Source: Narcine bancroftii (Eukaryota). From it: DNA of 64,000 bases. The notes under the pieces were generated by a model. It made no database searches. It saw nothing but the letters and a program-made list of their open reading frames with translations, and was not told the DNA's origin. Shown one piece after another: positions 62,445 to 64,000 of this stretch. Positions within the stretch are counted from its first letter, which is position 1, and every line of letters starts with the position of its first letter. Position numbers and translations under genes: made by a program. The stretch lies in contig NC_091481.1 of assembly GCF_036971445.1 (NCBI RefSeq), positions 11,718,001-11,782,000 of the forward strand. Direction: 5' to 3'.

Positions 62445-64000
62445 AATGAAAGGGACTAAATGAATGAAATGTTGCATAATTCAAAATAACAATGAAGGCA
62501 GACTTGAATATCCAGGGCACAGAAGGCTATAGATTAGATGCTAGTAAATAGGATGGGTATGATCAAAATGAATTTGTGTCAAAGGTCCTGCCTCTGCGTA
62601 CATGTATTACTGTCTGTGTTTTTCCTCTCTCTCCCTTCTCCACCCACCCACATCCCATCTCCTAGTCTTTTTCTCATTATAATAACTCTGAGACCAAGCT
62701 ACAATGATCAATTGTTTTTATCTTAACTTCCTACCAAGGGCGTATGGGACACTTTGGTGCAGAGAGGTTGATTTGTCCAAAATTTTACACGGGGCCCACA
62801 CTGTGCCCAGGCCTCCTCGCATCTCACCTCCAGGCCCGGATGTCGGCTGCTGCCTCCTTCACAAACAGGCTGCCAGTGCAGGAGGGCCGTCCCCGACCGC
62901 TCCGACCCCACTCCATCTGAGGCCAAGACTCCCATCCATCCCTTGGCCTGGGCCGATTCATCATCTGGGGGAAAGCCCGTTGCTGTGGGAACGATGCTGG
63001 GTGATGCTGCACAGACTCTCTGACGTCATCACACAGAGACGTGGGAAGTTCACAGCAAGTCATTCCATCCATCAGCAGCAGACCTGCTCCCAGTCAGATG
63101 CGCGCTGACGTCACAGGGCCTGAACACTGACGGTGAGCGCCATTGCCCCAGCAATGAGCCAGTTCCCCGAGGAGGCCATGCCCCATGTCTGGACCCCAGG
63201 TTTGAGGTGAGTGAGATGTACGGTGTCCCGGGCATAAAGGTGTCCAAGGCTGGGATGTGGTGGAGCAGGGTCGCTGTTATTGTTAATCTGTTTATCTTTT
63301 TTTCTTTCTTTGTTGGATTTCTTTTTCTCCTTCTTGCTTTTCCCAAATTTTCCCCACTGTTTTGTCCGAATTTGGGAGGGCAGGCCAACCTCCCACCCCA
63401 GGTCGTATGTCTATGCCTCCTGCTAATTGGTGATAAAAGTGGTTGTAATATGAGATTGAACTGCTGGATAATTGAAGTTCTGTGTTTCCTCAGCTGAAGA
63501 GACAATTTTAAATGTGAAAATAATTCCCTAGTACAATATTTGAATAAAAGGATAATTTTACATAAATTTGCTCATTTTACTTGAAATATTAACGGTGTCC
63601 TGGAATTGATCTAACACTACACTTGTATACCTGAATTTGAGCAACTGCAGCAATATCACAGTTGCCATAAACCTCCCTGATTCTTTGTTTTTTGCCGGCG
63701 ACATCTCATTATTAGAAAAGAAGATGAAAAGTGTCCTTAATACAAAATGATATTCCAGCTCTTCGGTTCTGTCTCCAAAATGTTAATCCAGATAACTTGG
63801 CAAGATTTTTATCCAATACTTTACCTCCCATAAAAGAACTGCTTTGCTTTGAGAGACATTTTGTTAAAAGGAATTTTTTAAAAATCTCCGTAGCATTATG
63901 AATAAAATTAGACCATGATTTAATTTACTTTTATTTATGAAGCTTTGGACCCCATGCTTTTGCAATGGGAAACTTGGATACCCTTCAAACATTTGAGCAT

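Noticed and set aside
62704-63505. 130-150-aa ORFs on both strands
   Set aside because: Expected in GC-rich DNA; no domain similarity or splice support that I can recognise.

Overview
Repeat-rich vertebrate intronic DNA, most likely from a cartilaginous fish (shark or ray), judging by HE1/V-SINE-like SINEs, HER1/CR1-like LINEs and Deu-domain SINE remnants. The only host coding sequence I can support is one 110-bp internal exon of SND1 (Tudor-SN; equivalent to human exon 16) at 26490-26599 (+), so the window appears to be two large SND1 introns. These carry layered transposons: a young RTE-clade LINE family (4 coding copies, one with a 682-aa open RT ORF, plus a short non-autonomous 5'UTR+3'tail derivative), many decayed Rex1/Babar and CR1 LINEs, two L1/Tx1-type fragments, Penelope-like (GIY-YIG) remnants with degenerate hammerhead-ribozyme cores, a decayed full-length pogo/Tc2-type (POGK-like) DNA transposon, Harbinger-like and Tigger-like MITEs, and a 3'-truncated U6 retrocopy. 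The most notable structures are a twin-priming-type 5' inversion in an RTE copy, the bipartite RTE derivative, the U6/Rex1 junction antisense just upstream of the exon, a perfect 101-bp inverted repeat ending at the transposon terminus, and near-identical inverted RTE copies bracketing the exon. No new protein-coding system is evident. Family names come from remembered motifs, not database searches, and boundaries of old repeats are approximate.
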